26,597 nucleotides of DNA from Candidatus Sumerlaeia bacterium (GTDB lineage: Bacteria; Sumerlaeota; Sumerlaeia; SLMS01), in contig JBBQYG010000045.1 in the NCBI GenBank assembly GCA_038208905.1, positions 1 to 26,597 on the forward strand, read 5' to 3'. The notes beneath the pieces were generated by a model. The model searched no databases. It was not told where the DNA came from and worked only from the letters and a program-made list of their open reading frames with translations. A program made the position numbers and the translations under genes. Of the stretch, positions 8,131 to 17,950 are shown in pieces; within the stretch, counting starts at the first letter, position 1; every line of letters begins with the position of its first letter.

Positions 8131-9348
8131 ATGAGGCGGGAAATGTCCCCTGTTTTTAGGTCCAAAAACCCCCGGTTGATGATCCTGCTGATGGCGGTGG
8201 GGGTTATTCTCGGGCTGGGGGCGCCGGCGGGGGCCCAGTATCGGCTGCATAGCTGGGAGAGTTTCGAGGACGGCCTGTTGCCGCCGAGCCTGGTGCGCGG
8301 GCACTATGCGGATCTGGCCACTGTGAACGTGATCGACCTTCGCCAACCCGGTGTTCCCGCCAGCGTGAATCAGGGGGTCGCGGCGCTGGAGGTTGGGCGT
8401 TACGGCCTCGTGTTCACCCCCGTCCCCACGAAACAGCACCTCAGCGTCTTCAGTCCCGTTTCGCTCAACCGCGACGCGCTGGGCACCACGGGGCGCGCGC
8501 TGTTCCAGGCCGATTTCTACTTCAAGGCCAAGGGAGAGCCGATGCCCAGCATGTCGCTTCTGGCTCAGGTTCTGAACGACGAGAAGAAGACCACCTACAG
8601 ATTCTACCGCTTCGGCTATCTGGAGGCCGAGGACCGCCTCTTCTACTCGTATGTGGACGACACCCCGGAGCCGGTTGACTTCCAGAACGAGGCCGCGTCC
8701 CGCCTGCTCTTTCGGCGCCCGGGTTGGCACCGGTTTCAGATCATCTTCACCGGCAGCGACGAGATCGTCTGTGCCGTGGATGGGATACCGACCAAGTTCT
8801 CGCCGATCAAGCAGGGGAAGCACCGCGAGCTGAATGCGGGGATCATGGTGACCAGCTCGAAGTTCGATTCGTCCGCGGTGACGGACAACCTCTCGATTCA
8901 GTGGAGCCCCGCGGAGGCCCCGATCCCCGCCTCTCCGTGGACGACGAAGGTGGAGAGCGTCGCCGTCGCCAACGCCAGCGCCGTGGAGGCCGGCGAATCG
9001 GTCCTGTGGCTCAACGATCCGGCGGAGGTGTGGAACCGCGCCAGCCTGCAAAAGCGCCCGATCCTGGCGCTCTTCTACACGCCAAACATCCAGCCCTACG
9101 CCTACCTCAAGACCATCGTCCCCAACACCGACGAGGTACACCAGCTCCTCAACCGCAACGTGCTGCTGCGCATCGACGCCAACCAGCTCAACGGCAACCG
9201 CCTCGCCGACAAGTTCCGTATCGCCCGGCTCCCCACGCTCGTCCGCGTCGGCCCCGACGGCACGGAAATGGGCCGCGTCACGGTGATTAACGGCCAGACG
9301 AAGTGGGAGGAGATCAAGGCGTTGCTGGATGCGGGCGCCGGGGGGTGA
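8131..9348 (+). CDS. Secreted hypothetical protein: beta-sandwich (ConA/LamG-like) region plus C-terminal thioredoxin-like fold without CxxC
   Basis: Signal peptide ending GAPAGA-QY (true start may be ATG 8143 or 8179). GWHRFQIIF..IVCAVDG resembles a ConA-like fold. KRPILALFYTP and LADKFRIARLPTLV resemble thioredoxin with the cis-Pro loop. Confidence 0.65.
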   Translation: MRREMSPVFRSKNPRLMILLMAVGVILGLGAPAGAQYRLHSWESFEDGLLPPSLVRGHYADLATVNVIDLRQPGVPASVNQGVAALEVGRYGLVFTPVPTKQHLSVFSPVSLNRDALGTTGRALFQADFYFKAKGEPMPSMSLLAQVLNDEKKTTYRFYRFGYLEAEDRLFYSYVDDTPEPVDFQNEAASRLLFRRPGWHRFQIIFTGSDEIVCAVDGIPTKFSPIKQGKHRELNAGIMVTSSKFDSSAVTDNLSIQWSPAEAPIPASPWTTKVESVAVANASAVEAGESVLWLNDPAEVWNRASLQKRPILALFYTPNIQPYAYLKTIVPNTDEVHQLLNRNVLLRIDANQLNGNRLADKFRIARLPTLVRVGPDGTEMGRVTVINGQTKWEEIKALLDAGAGG

Positions 9349-9467
9349 GCCTGGGTACTTCCGGTGAGGCGGGCCCACCCCGTCGGGCCCAATTCGCCCG
9401 CGGCGGCCTGGGGAAATGGGACGCGACATGCCACATTGCCGCGCGACCCGGATATATTTATATGCAT

Positions 9468-11237
9468 CTATGCCAGCGCGGTCCCCTCAAGCTCCGCGCG
9501 GATTCTCGTGGCCTCCCGCTGCACCTTCTCCTCGTCGGCGCCCAGGTGGCGGAGGGCAAGGCGCGCGAGGGCGATGGCGGCCTCGGTTTCCTCGACGCAG
9601 GCGTCGGTGGCTCCCGCCCGGCGAAGGGGCGCGAGTTCGCTGAGATAGCGCGCGCGGACGAGGATGACGAGCTTCGGATTGAGGTCCTTGGCGGCGTTGA
9701 TGAGCGGGTCGCGGTTCTGTGAGTGCGGGAGCGTCACCACCAGGTAGCTTGCCTTGGCGACGCCGGCCTGGCGGAGAACCTCCTTGTTGGTCGCGTCGCC
9801 AAAGATGCTCAGGCGGTTGATCTCGCGAAGCCCCTTCACCGTGTCCATGTTGAGGTCGATGACGACGGTCTCCATGCCGGCGGCGCGCAGCAGGCGGTCC
9901 GTCGTGCGGCCAACGGGGCCATAGCCGATGATGAGGGCGAGGGGGACTTCCTTCTCCGAGACGAGCGTGGCGACCGTATCGTTGGACATCTGGTGCATGG
10001 TGGCGGCGCGGCGGTTGATGAATTTCCACATGGGATTGTTGAGGAGCAGCCGCTCGATGGAATCGATCTTGCGGAAGAGGAGCGGGTTGATGGTGATGGA
10101 GATGATGGCGCAGGCAACGAGCATGCTCATGCCCTCCTCGGGGAGGAGGTTGTGATCCCTACCCAGGTTGGCGAGGATGAAGGAGAACTCGCCGATCTGC
10201 GCGAGGCCGATGGCAACGGTCAGCGCCGTCTTCAGACTGTATCCCATGACGCCCACGATGAGCATCGCGGCCAGGGGCTTGACGAGTAGCACGATGCCGA
10301 GCGCGGCGAGGACGAGGAGCGGCTGCTGGATCAGGAACCACGGATCAAACAGCATGCCGACGGAGACGAAGAAGATGACGGCGAAGGCGTCGCGCAGCGG
10401 GAGCGCGTCGGCGGCGGCCTGCTGGCTGACGGGCGACTGGCCAACCACCATCCCGGCGAGGAACGCGCCCAGCGCCACCGACACGCCAAAGACCGTGTAG
10501 GCAAACGTGGCGACGCCGACGGCGAAGACAAGCACGGTAAGCGTGAACAGTTCGCGCGACCGCAGGCGCGCGACCTGAACCAGAATCCACGGGATGACCC
10601 GGGCGCCAACGGTAAGCAGCAGCGCAACGAGAATGGCGAGTTTGAGGAAGGCCCAACCCAGCGCCAGGAAGATGTTGCCGCCCGCCTCGCCGTGGGCGTC
10701 GCCTGATTCACTGGCGCCGGTTATCGCCATTGCGGGGATCAGCACCAACAGGACAACGGTGAGAATGTCCTCCACGATAAGCCAACCCACCGCGACGTGG
10801 CCGTGCACCGTGTCGAGCTGGTTGTTGTCCATCAGGACACGCATCAGAACCACGGTGCTGGCCACGGCCAACGCCATGCCGATCACGAGGCCCGCCTTCA
10901 CGTCCCACCCGAATGCCAGGGCTACCGCCAGGCCAAAGATGGTTGCGGCGGTGCTCTGGACCAGGGCGCCGGGGATGGCGATATTCTTGACCTGGAGAAG
11001 TTCCTTGAGGTGGAAGTGCAGACCCACGCCAAACATCAGCAGCATCACGCCGATTTCGGCCATCTGGGTCGCCAGATTCACGTCGCCGCGAAAGCCCGGC
11101 GTGTGGGGCCCGATCAAGAGCCCGCCCAGCAGATAGCCAACGATCGGCGACAGCCCAAGGCGCTGGGTGATGAGACCGCATATCAATGCCGCGGTAAACC
11201 CGGCGGCGAGCGTTGTCAGGAGGGGCAGATCGTGCAT
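9468..11237 (-). CDS. CPA2 cation:proton antiporter with TrkA-N/RCK domain (YbaL/Kef-like)
   Basis: AEIGVMLLMFGVGLHF, ASTVVL, GWLIVED, LAQIGEFSFIL and C-terminal IIGYGPVG and FGDAT. Start trimmed to ATG 11237. Confidence 0.93.
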   Translation of the reverse strand: MHDLPLLTTLAAGFTAALICGLITQRLGLSPIVGYLLGGLLIGPHTPGFRGDVNLATQMAEIGVMLLMFGVGLHFHLKELLQVKNIAIPGALVQSTAATIFGLAVALAFGWDVKAGLVIGMALAVASTVVLMRVLMDNNQLDTVHGHVAVGWLIVEDILTVVLLVLIPAMAITGASESGDAHGEAGGNIFLALGWAFLKLAILVALLLTVGARVIPWILVQVARLRSRELFTLTVLVFAVGVATFAYTVFGVSVALGAFLAGMVVGQSPVSQQAAADALPLRDAFAVIFFVSVGMLFDPWFLIQQPLLVLAALGIVLLVKPLAAMLIVGVMGYSLKTALTVAIGLAQIGEFSFILANLGRDHNLLPEEGMSMLVACAIISITINPLLFRKIDSIERLLLNNPMWKFINRRAATMHQMSNDTVATLVSEKEVPLALIIGYGPVGRTTDRLLRAAGMETVVIDLNMDTVKGLREINRLSIFGDATNKEVLRQAGVAKASYLVVTLPHSQNRDPLINAAKDLNPKLVILVRARYLSELAPLRRAGATDACVEETEAAIALARLALRHLGADEEKVQREATRIRAELEGTALA

Positions 11238-11327
11238 GTGGCGGAAGACCTTGGCGGGGTAAGAGGGCGGCAGTGAACGGGGGGTTGGTTTCCCGTGCAA
11301 CCGGTAAGTGCCGTGGTGGGTTCCGCG

Positions 11328-12632
11328 CTACGCCCGGCGGCGGTTCTCGCGGATTCCGCCGATGGTGTCGTCGCCGACGCGCTGGGAGGAATAGATGCCC
11401 GATCGCCCGCTGAACAGATACGCGAGAAAGCAACCCACGGCGAAGTAGGGGAGATACGCGGAGCCGAACAGCTCCACGCCCATGATGGTGCAGGCCAGCG
11501 GCGTGTTGGTGGCCCCCGCAAAGACGGCAATCAGGCCGATCCCCGCCATCAGGTCGATGGGCGCGCCAAGGTGTACCGCGAGCACGTTGCCGAGCGTGGC
11601 GCCGACGAAGAAGAGCGGTGTGACCTCCCCACCCTTGAATCCGCTCGCGATCGTGACGGCGGTCAGGAGCAGCTTCCACAGCCAGCTCCAGTTGGTGGCG
11701 CCGCCCGCCGCGAAGGCATTCACGATGGAGACGCCGGTGCCGTCCTGCGTCCGCACGCCCAGGCCAAGGTAGTCGCGCGTTCCCAGTATATACGTCGCGG
11801 CAAGCAATATCGCCGCGCCCGCCACGGGGCGTAGCCAATAGATCGCGATCAGCCGGCGGAACAGCGCGGTAAGGCCATGGCTGACTTCCGCAAACAGGAG
11901 ACTCGCCAGGCCAAACGCGACGGAGGCCAGCGCGACCTTGGCCAGCAGGAGCGGCTCCACGCGCAGGATGGGCAACGCGTGTGAGAGCGCGGGCACCGCG
12001 ATGGCATAGTGTGTGTGGCCGATCCCCCAGGCCGTGCAGGCGAAGTCGCCCACCAGCGCCGCCGCAAGGACGGGAATCAGCGAGTCTGTGCGCAGGCGCC
12101 CAAGTGCAAGGACCTCGATCGCAAAGACCGCCCCCGCCAGCGGCGTCCCGAAGACGGCACCGAATCCGGCGGCGACCCCGCACATCAGCAGCGTGCGGGT
12201 GTCCTCCTTGTTGAGGCGAAACGGCGCGACAAACGCCTGGGCGATGGCGCCGCCCATCTGGACCGCGGTGCCCTCGCGCCCGGCGGAACCGCCAAAGAGG
12301 TGGGTGACCACCGTGCCCGCCAGCACCAGGGGGGCCATGCGCCGCGGCACTCCCCCGCCGGGCTCGTGGATTTGGTCGATGATCAGGTTGTTCCCCGATT
12401 CGCTCCCGTTGCCATAGCGATGATACACCATCACGATCCCGATTCCCGCCACGGGCAGAAGCCAGATCAGCCACGGGTTCTCCCACCGGGTGGTGGTGGC
12501 GCGGTCCAACAGCCACAGGAAAAACGCCACGGCAGACCCAATGGCGGCGGCGACGGGAAGGACAAGCGCCATCCACCGCGCCGCATAGGCGGCGAGGGAG
12601 AGGTGCTCCCGGGCGTGGTGACTCAGCGGCAT
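11328..12632 (-). CDS. eriC: CLC family protein, CLC-F type fluoride/proton antiporter
   Basis: Has GNNLI, GREGT and GEVTP, the CLC-F signatures, instead of GSGIP/GREGP. Start trimmed to ATG 12632. Confidence 0.9.
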   Translation of the reverse strand: MPLSHHAREHLSLAAYAARWMALVLPVAAAIGSAVAFFLWLLDRATTTRWENPWLIWLLPVAGIGIVMVYHRYGNGSESGNNLIIDQIHEPGGGVPRRMAPLVLAGTVVTHLFGGSAGREGTAVQMGGAIAQAFVAPFRLNKEDTRTLLMCGVAAGFGAVFGTPLAGAVFAIEVLALGRLRTDSLIPVLAAALVGDFACTAWGIGHTHYAIAVPALSHALPILRVEPLLLAKVALASVAFGLASLLFAEVSHGLTALFRRLIAIYWLRPVAGAAILLAATYILGTRDYLGLGVRTQDGTGVSIVNAFAAGGATNWSWLWKLLLTAVTIASGFKGGEVTPLFFVGATLGNVLAVHLGAPIDLMAGIGLIAVFAGATNTPLACTIMGVELFGSAYLPYFAVGCFLAYLFSGRSGIYSSQRVGDDTIGGIRENRRRA

Positions 12633-12639
12633 GGGGTTG

Positions 12640-12683
12640 TTGGCCTTGCGCCATTGTCGGCGGTGGACGAGGCGCAAGGTCAA
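12640..12683. promoter_or_regulatory. Inverted repeat just upstream of the CLC-F gene (candidate operator or leader hairpin)
   Basis: TTGGCCTTGCGCC (12640-12652) / GGCGCAAGGTCAA (12671-12683) match 12/13. One arm contains a minus-strand TTGACC. Confidence 0.4.
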
Positions 12684-12774
12684 GCGCCGCCGAGCGGAGT
12701 GGGCACCCCCATTGCTTTCCACGCCCGCCTGTGACCCAATTCCTGCGATGCCCGCCCCCCGGAGGCCATGACCG

Positions 12775-14019
12775 ATGGTGACAATCCTGACGCTCCTGCT
12801 GTTCGGCGGCTCGCTGGTGCATCTGTTTCTGTTCGTGTACAACCGGTGGCTGCTGTGCATTGCCGATGGGCGATGGAAGCTGCCGATTCACTATGCATGG
12901 TTCGCGGTCAGCATTCCGCTGCCGGCGCTGGGCGTGTTGCTCGCGTTGCAGACCGAGGCGATGCGCGCGTCGCTGGCGTGGAGTCCGCTGGACGGCGCCT
13001 CGCGGGGCATCTTCGTGGCACAGACGGCGCTGCTGGCGTTCTGGGGGGCGCGCTCGCTGATCTGGCTTCAGGAGCGATTCATCCCCGACCGCTCGGCAAA
13101 CCTCCTTGAGGAAACAGTCACGCGGCCCGTGATGCCCACGGTGCCGTCGCGGTTGCCGCGCGGTTTCCGCGGGCTGGAAACCACGGGCGACCTGTTGCTG
13201 GTGGAGCGCGAGGTCGCCGTGAGCGGCCTCGGCGCCGCCTTCGACGGGCTGACGATCGCCCAGGTTTCCGACGTGCATTTCGGCGAGCGGCTGGAGATGG
13301 AGAACTACTTCGCTGGCGTTCGCGACCTGGTGGAACAGCTCGCGCCGGACATCGTGGTGTTCACGGGCGACTTCGTGGACAAGCGGCGCGACATCACGCG
13401 CTCCATCGAATACCATCGCGGCTTTCGCGGCACCCTCGGCACGTTCTATGTGATGGGGAACCACGACTACTGGACCAAGGCCGAGCGCATCCGTTCCGGC
13501 CTTGCGATGTCGCACTTGCGATGGCTGGGCGGGGGGGAGCGCCGCGTGCTCAAGCGCGAGGGGCGGCGCCTGGTCTTCACCGGAGTCGATGCCCCCTGGG
13601 ACGGCTCCCGGCCCGACTGGCGCCGGGTCGTCCGCCGCGAGCCCGGCGACGCGGTGATCGTCCTGAGCCACACGCCCGACAACGCCCCCATCGCCGCGCG
13701 CCACGGCGCCTCGCTGATCCTGAGCGGCCACAACCACGGCGGCCAGGTCTGCGCCCCGATCCTCGGCCCCATCGTCGCGCCGTCGCGGTTTGGACTCAAG
13801 TACACCGGCGGCTTCTACCGCGTCGGCGTGGACTCCGCCCTCAACGTCTCGCGCGGCGTCGGAATCTCCAGCGGCAAGATCCGCATCCTCTGCCCGCCCG
13901 AGATCTGCCTCCTCACCCTCCGCGCCCCCATCGTCGAAGTCATGGCCGGCCGCGTCGTCCCCGCCCGCGCGATCCTGAGGCCGATTGCGGGAGTGGAAGG
14001 GATCAGGGCGAGGGGGTGA
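12775..14019 (+). CDS. Membrane-anchored metallophosphoesterase (YkuE/YaeI-like)
   Basis: About 3 N-terminal TM helices, then SDVH, TGDFVD, GNHD, LSHTPD and SGHNHGGQ motifs. GGAGG SD upstream. Confidence 0.92.
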   Translation: MVTILTLLLFGGSLVHLFLFVYNRWLLCIADGRWKLPIHYAWFAVSIPLPALGVLLALQTEAMRASLAWSPLDGASRGIFVAQTALLAFWGARSLIWLQERFIPDRSANLLEETVTRPVMPTVPSRLPRGFRGLETTGDLLLVEREVAVSGLGAAFDGLTIAQVSDVHFGERLEMENYFAGVRDLVEQLAPDIVVFTGDFVDKRRDITRSIEYHRGFRGTLGTFYVMGNHDYWTKAERIRSGLAMSHLRWLGGGERRVLKREGRRLVFTGVDAPWDGSRPDWRRVVRREPGDAVIVLSHTPDNAPIAARHGASLILSGHNHGGQVCAPILGPIVAPSRFGLKYTGGFYRVGVDSALNVSRGVGISSGKIRILCPPEICLLTLRAPIVEVMAGRVVPARAILRPIAGVEGIRARG

Positions 14020-14077
14020 AATGGGGGGGAATTTTCGGAAATGAATGCGCGGCACCGCGATAGCGCCCGTCCCCCTA

Positions 14078-15121
14078 TTATTCCTCCAGATAGCGGGCTA
14101 TATGTGGAAGAATGCTCTTGATGGATACCGCCGAGCCATAGCCGGAGAGGGTGATACCAGACTCTGCCATGGCCCAAGTGTTGACGCCGATTACATTTCC
14201 TTCGAGATCAACCAGGGGACCCCCTGAATTGCCGCCCGAAATGACCGCGTCGTGCATGATCACCTCGGCCCCTTTTGGGCCTTCCTGGGTGATTCTGGAA
14301 ACCACGCCGCTTGTCAGATTGTACTCGAAGTAGATTCGCGGCAGCTTTTCCCGCATCTTCGTCGCATTCTCGCGGATGGCCTTTTGCGTAATCGCTTCGA
14401 GTGAGTCACTTTCAAACTCTATGAAAGAGGCCCCCGGGTATCCGAGCGCCATGACTCGATCGAGGCGGGTGGCCATCGGCTTGTCAGTCCTCGAATTTGG
14501 ATGGAGCCGCAGGTACGGGAAAGTTACACCGGGATCGGACGGACGGATTTGTAGCAGGGCATAGTCCATTTCCGTATCGAAGATCCCCCTCACCAAGTGC
14601 GCGTCATATTCCTTGCCGGCAATGAATACAAGTACCACCGCCTCCACCTTGATATCCGCGATTCCAAGTACCGCCTTGAGCGCATCCCGATATTCGCCTT
14701 CTCTCGCCGATGATTCCCGGTAGGATTCTATGACATGATGATTGGTGAGAACGTGCCCGGTTTTGGAAACAAGGAATCCTGAACCAATGCTTCCAGTCAG
14801 TGATATTTCGACAGCTTCCCCCTCCGCAGTGACCCTCAGTATGGGAACTAGAAGGCCCACCGTCTCCTCGAATGTCTTGTCGAGCTTGGTGGACTCGCTT
14901 GCGGCTACCCCCGCTCGGGCTGATTGAGTTGAACCTTGATTAGCTCCACTGCCCCCCGACATAACCGCATACAAGGCAATGGTGGCGGCAACCAGTAGAA
15001 AGGCGCCGACGAGCAGGAATGGAAGCAGAATGGAGATTCCGACGCCGGTTGATTCGGCGCCAACACTTTCGACTCGCCGCCGCTTACCGATGGGGGGCTC
15101 CTGGGACATTTGGTTGGACAT
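14078..15121 (-). CDS. Membrane-anchored trypsin-like (S1C/HtrA-like) serine protease without PDZ
   Basis: N-terminal TM helix, GSGF, triad TNHHV / DYALL / GNSGGPLV, LGYPG and VIGVNT. Protein ends soon after the protease domain. GAAAGG SD, lower GC. Confidence 0.9.
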   Translation of the reverse strand: MSNQMSQEPPIGKRRRVESVGAESTGVGISILLPFLLVGAFLLVAATIALYAVMSGGSGANQGSTQSARAGVAASESTKLDKTFEETVGLLVPILRVTAEGEAVEISLTGSIGSGFLVSKTGHVLTNHHVIESYRESSAREGEYRDALKAVLGIADIKVEAVVLVFIAGKEYDAHLVRGIFDTEMDYALLQIRPSDPGVTFPYLRLHPNSRTDKPMATRLDRVMALGYPGASFIEFESDSLEAITQKAIRENATKMREKLPRIYFEYNLTSGVVSRITQEGPKGAEVIMHDAVISGGNSGGPLVDLEGNVIGVNTWAMAESGITLSGYGSAVSIKSILPHIARYLEE

Positions 15122-15129
15122 CCTTTCGG

Positions 15130-15912
15130 TCAGTCTGGCGCAATATGAGTACTATCGAAATACTTTCGCAGCATATCCGTATCCTTTTTGCCAACAAGCA
15201 CTGATATATCCGGGCTGCGAAGCCGGAGCTTTGCCCCCGATGGCAGCACCAACTTTCCACCCGTGACTTTGCTCCCGGACTCTAGCTCAATCTGGGGTTC
15301 AGAATTGCCTAACTCATCGTTGGAAAGAATGAGGCGAGAGTCCTTCGTTTCTGTTGGCTTGAAGTGTATCTTCACTTCCCCGACTTCCGCATGGACCGGA
15401 AACGAGCCCGGCTCGACCAAAATGCCGTCGGTAACCGGATCCGGCGCGAGAATCACTACCCCTCTCGCAAAGAGTACCCCGGCGGCCGCGAGCCCGACCA
15501 TGCAGACAGAGGCGAGCGCGAGCGCCAGTTGGGTCTTCGCTCGCTGGCGCGACGCAAAGTTGCCTACCGAATCGGCGACTTCCCGCTTCTCGCGATTCAA
15601 GTTCAGAATGCGCAGCTTGTATTCGTGGAGTTCCCCTTGAAGCTGGCCCAATTCAGAAAGCGCCGAGGCATCCTTACTGCCGACATACAGCCTGATCCGC
15701 TCAAGGCGTTCCGCCTCGCGGGAAAGCACTTCGCGGGCTGTCTGGATTTCCTGGAACCTAGTCGTGTCGCCGCCCTTCTTGTCTGGGTGGTAGAGCATCG
15801 CGAGGCGCTTGTAGGAGCGCTCTACTTCTCCCATTGTGGTTGGAGGGCGAAGCTCGAGGACGAAGAAGGCTTCGACAATTTCGTCTGGCTTATTCTGGTC
15901 GGCAGAGGTCAC
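15130..15912 (-). CDS. Membrane-anchored J-domain (DnaJ type III) protein
   Basis: AFFVLEL..YKRLAMLYHPDKKGGD..FQEIQTAREVL with intact HPD, followed by a coiled coil, one TM helix and an unknown C-terminal domain. GTG start overlaps the upstream TGA. Confidence 0.85.
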   Translation of the reverse strand: MTSADQNKPDEIVEAFFVLELRPPTTMGEVERSYKRLAMLYHPDKKGGDTTRFQEIQTAREVLSREAERLERIRLYVGSKDASALSELGQLQGELHEYKLRILNLNREKREVADSVGNFASRQRAKTQLALALASVCMVGLAAAGVLFARGVVILAPDPVTDGILVEPGSFPVHAEVGEVKIHFKPTETKDSRLILSNDELGNSEPQIELESGSKVTGGKLVLPSGAKLRLRSPDISVLVGKKDTDMLRKYFDSTHIAPD

Positions 15913-16691
15913 GCTTGAACCCTATCGGTCAGTTCCGGTGAAGGCGCACCAGTCACCGGGGTTGCCACGGCTACCGGCGGTGGTAGGGAGGCCGCGGCAA
16001 GAGCACTTTCCGCAGTAAGGAGTCGGCGCTGTGCATCGCTGACCTCCAATTGCTTATGGGCCAGGATAAGCTGCTGCTGTTCCAACTCGAGCTTCTTTAG
16101 TTCGATCTGCTGCCTGAGGCGGAGCTGCTCCAGTTCGAGGCCCGTGACCTGCTCCTGATGGTCAAGGTCGGCGGACAACCTCAGCTTTTCGCCCAGATGG
16201 CCGAAGTGTCTTATCGCGTATCGGGACGCTGAAATCGCGACAATACCGAGGCACCCAAGAAGACCAAGTACGAGGATGCCGACCAGCAAAACCCGGACAA
16301 ATTGCTCGTTGCCGAGGAGGGAGTGAAGAAGCTCCGCTGTCATGTTTCTGAACAGAAGCATCAGACCGGCGACAACAACCAGCACACATAAAATCGCTAT
16401 TACTGCCGGGGACGAGAAGGCCACCTCCACCGCCCGATAGCTGATCCTAAACACGATGGGAACCAGAATCGCCCCCCAAATCCCGAATGAGGCATAGAAG
16501 AGGACGTCATCGCTTTCCTTTATTCCATAAATAAAACAGCCGAGTCCCACGACTCCGCAAACGACCATCCAAATGTAGGCACCCGTCCCAAGATCGAGAA
16601 TTGAACCGCGACCCGGAATTGAATCGATCGGCGATGAGTCGCCATTCCCACCCACACTTTGCGGCTGATTCGGGGCTCTGGACTCGCTCAT
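15909..16691 (-). CDS. Hypothetical membrane protein, about 4 TM helices plus C-terminal coiled coil
   Basis: Four hydrophobic segments, then a heptad-like LELEQLRLRQQIELKKLELEQQQL run and a Pro-rich tail. ATG 16691 follows purine-rich GAAAGAAGGG (alternative TTG 16733). Confidence 0.75.
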   Translation of the reverse strand: MSESRAPNQPQSVGGNGDSSPIDSIPGRGSILDLGTGAYIWMVVCGVVGLGCFIYGIKESDDVLFYASFGIWGAILVPIVFRISYRAVEVAFSSPAVIAILCVLVVVAGLMLLFRNMTAELLHSLLGNEQFVRVLLVGILVLGLLGCLGIVAISASRYAIRHFGHLGEKLRLSADLDHQEQVTGLELEQLRLRQQIELKKLELEQQQLILAHKQLEVSDAQRRLLTAESALAAASLPPPVAVATPVTGAPSPELTDRVQA

Positions 16692-16866
16692 CTTGTGCGC
16701 CCTTCTTTCAAAAATTATTATGAGGAAGCTCAACTGGGGCTCGCAGGTAAACGCAAGGAGTTTTCCCGCGACAAGACGGGGAATCCCCGATGCAGTTCAT
16801 CTCTCATCCCTCCCGTTTCCCATCCCTTTCCTTGCCATCCGCCAGCGTTTCGTTCCTAAGTCCCCC

Positions 16867-17448
16867 GTGTCCGCGCCGTTGCCTTTTGATCTGGAGGAGG
16901 AGACTCGCCTCCTTGGTATCGCCCAGCGGGGCGACCGGGATGCCTATGGGCGGATTGTGGTGGCGTATCAGGAGCGGGCGTTTGCGGGGGCGTTGAGCCT
17001 GGTGCAGAATCACGAGGACGCCCGGGATATGTCCCAGGAGGCGTTTGTGAAGGCGTTCCGGGCGTTGGGGACGTTCCGGATCGGTCGGCCGTTCTATCCG
17101 TGGTACTATCGGATTCTCAGGAATCTGTGCATGACGCATCTGCGTCGGCATGGGTCGGGGCGGATGACGTCTCTGGACCGGTTGGTGGAGGAGGATCACG
17201 CGCAGTTTGCGGCGGCGGGCGAGGATGTGAGGGAGCGGCTGCACCGGGAGCAGATGGCGCGGCTCGTCCGCGCGGCGATGGAGGAGCTGAAGCCGGAGTT
17301 CAAGGAAATCCTGGCGATGAAGCACTTCGAGGAAATGAGCTACGGGGAGATGGCGCGGGCGCTGCGCATTCCCATCGGTACGGTGATGAGCCGCCTGTTC
17401 CACGCTCGCAAGGCGCTGGGAAAATTGATGGAGAAGCATCGTGATTGA
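16867..17448 (+). CDS. ECF sigma-70 factor
   Basis: Region 2 DARDMSQEAFVKAFR..FYPWYYRILRN and region 4 MSYGEMARALRIPIGTVMSRLFHARK. Probable GTG start at 16867. Confidence 0.93.
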   Translation: MSAPLPFDLEEETRLLGIAQRGDRDAYGRIVVAYQERAFAGALSLVQNHEDARDMSQEAFVKAFRALGTFRIGRPFYPWYYRILRNLCMTHLRRHGSGRMTSLDRLVEEDHAQFAAAGEDVRERLHREQMARLVRAAMEELKPEFKEILAMKHFEEMSYGEMARALRIPIGTVMSRLFHARKALGKLMEKHRD

Positions 17449-17471
17449 ATATCCGCCTGTGACGGGGCGTA
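17446..17471 (+). promoter_or_regulatory. Candidate ECF-type promoter TGAATA-N16-CGTA for the anti-sigma/ybjQ genes
   Basis: TGAATA (17446-17451, overlapping the sigma stop codon), 16-nt spacer and CGTA (17468-17471). Resembles the SigW-type TGAAAC-N16-CGTA. Confidence 0.4.
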
Positions 17472-17508
17472 GATTCCGAAAGGGCCCCCCAGGCCCGGAG
17501 CATGGACG

Positions 17509-17949
17509 ATGAGCAAGACTCAGCAGCAGCCGGTGCCGATGCGCCTGATGGCCTACCTCGACGGGGAGATGTCGCCCCGGGAGGCGCGCGATTTCGAGCG
17601 CCTGCTGGAGGAGCATCCGGAGTGGCTGGAGGAGGCCAACTTCATGAAGGATGTGACGGAGGGGGTGAAGGTCCTGAAGGTGCGCCGCCCCGAGCCGGCC
17701 TTTTGGGATCACTATTGGGAGGAGATCGACAGCCGCCTGCAAAAGAGCGTTGGCTGGTTCGTGGCGATGGCGGGGGCGTTGCTTCTGATCGTGGCGGGAT
17801 TTGCGAAGGTCCTTACCTATGCGGAGAACGATTTCGTGCGCCTGGGGATCGTGCTGGTGGGGATCGGGGTGTTGATTCTCTTCGTGATGGCGCTGCGCGG
17901 GCGCCTGCTGGAGATGCCGCGCGACCGCTATTGGAGGATCCGCAAGTAA
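17509..17949 (+). CDS. Putative transmembrane anti-sigma factor
   Basis: LMAYLDGEMS..FERLLEEHPEW resembles an anti-sigma domain without the HxxxCxxC ligands. Two TM helices, directly downstream of the ECF sigma. Confidence 0.8.
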   Translation: MSKTQQQPVPMRLMAYLDGEMSPREARDFERLLEEHPEWLEEANFMKDVTEGVKVLKVRRPEPAFWDHYWEEIDSRLQKSVGWFVAMAGALLLIVAGFAKVLTYAENDFVRLGIVLVGIGVLILFVMALRGRLLEMPRDRYWRIRK

Positions 17950-17950
17950 C

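Noticed and set aside
9436-9467. AT-rich patch with TTGCCG-N17-TATATG between convergent genes (possible antisense promoter)
   Set aside because: Weak consensus match and no supported downstream ORF or RNA structure.
12670-12720. GCAATGGGGGTGCCC upstream of the CLC-F gene as a possible fluoride riboswitch
   Set aside because: P1 pairing is poor and the GCTGATGAC..CTAC pseudoknot half is missing.
10708-14055. 1115-aa minus-strand ORF
   Set aside because: Arg/Gly/Pro-rich shadow frame overlapping three well-supported genes, with no recognisable domain. Typical of high-GC DNA.
14020-16860. Mobile-element call for the low-GC cassette
   Set aside because: No integrase, transposase, terminal repeats or target duplication found. 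Foreign origin is inferred from composition only.
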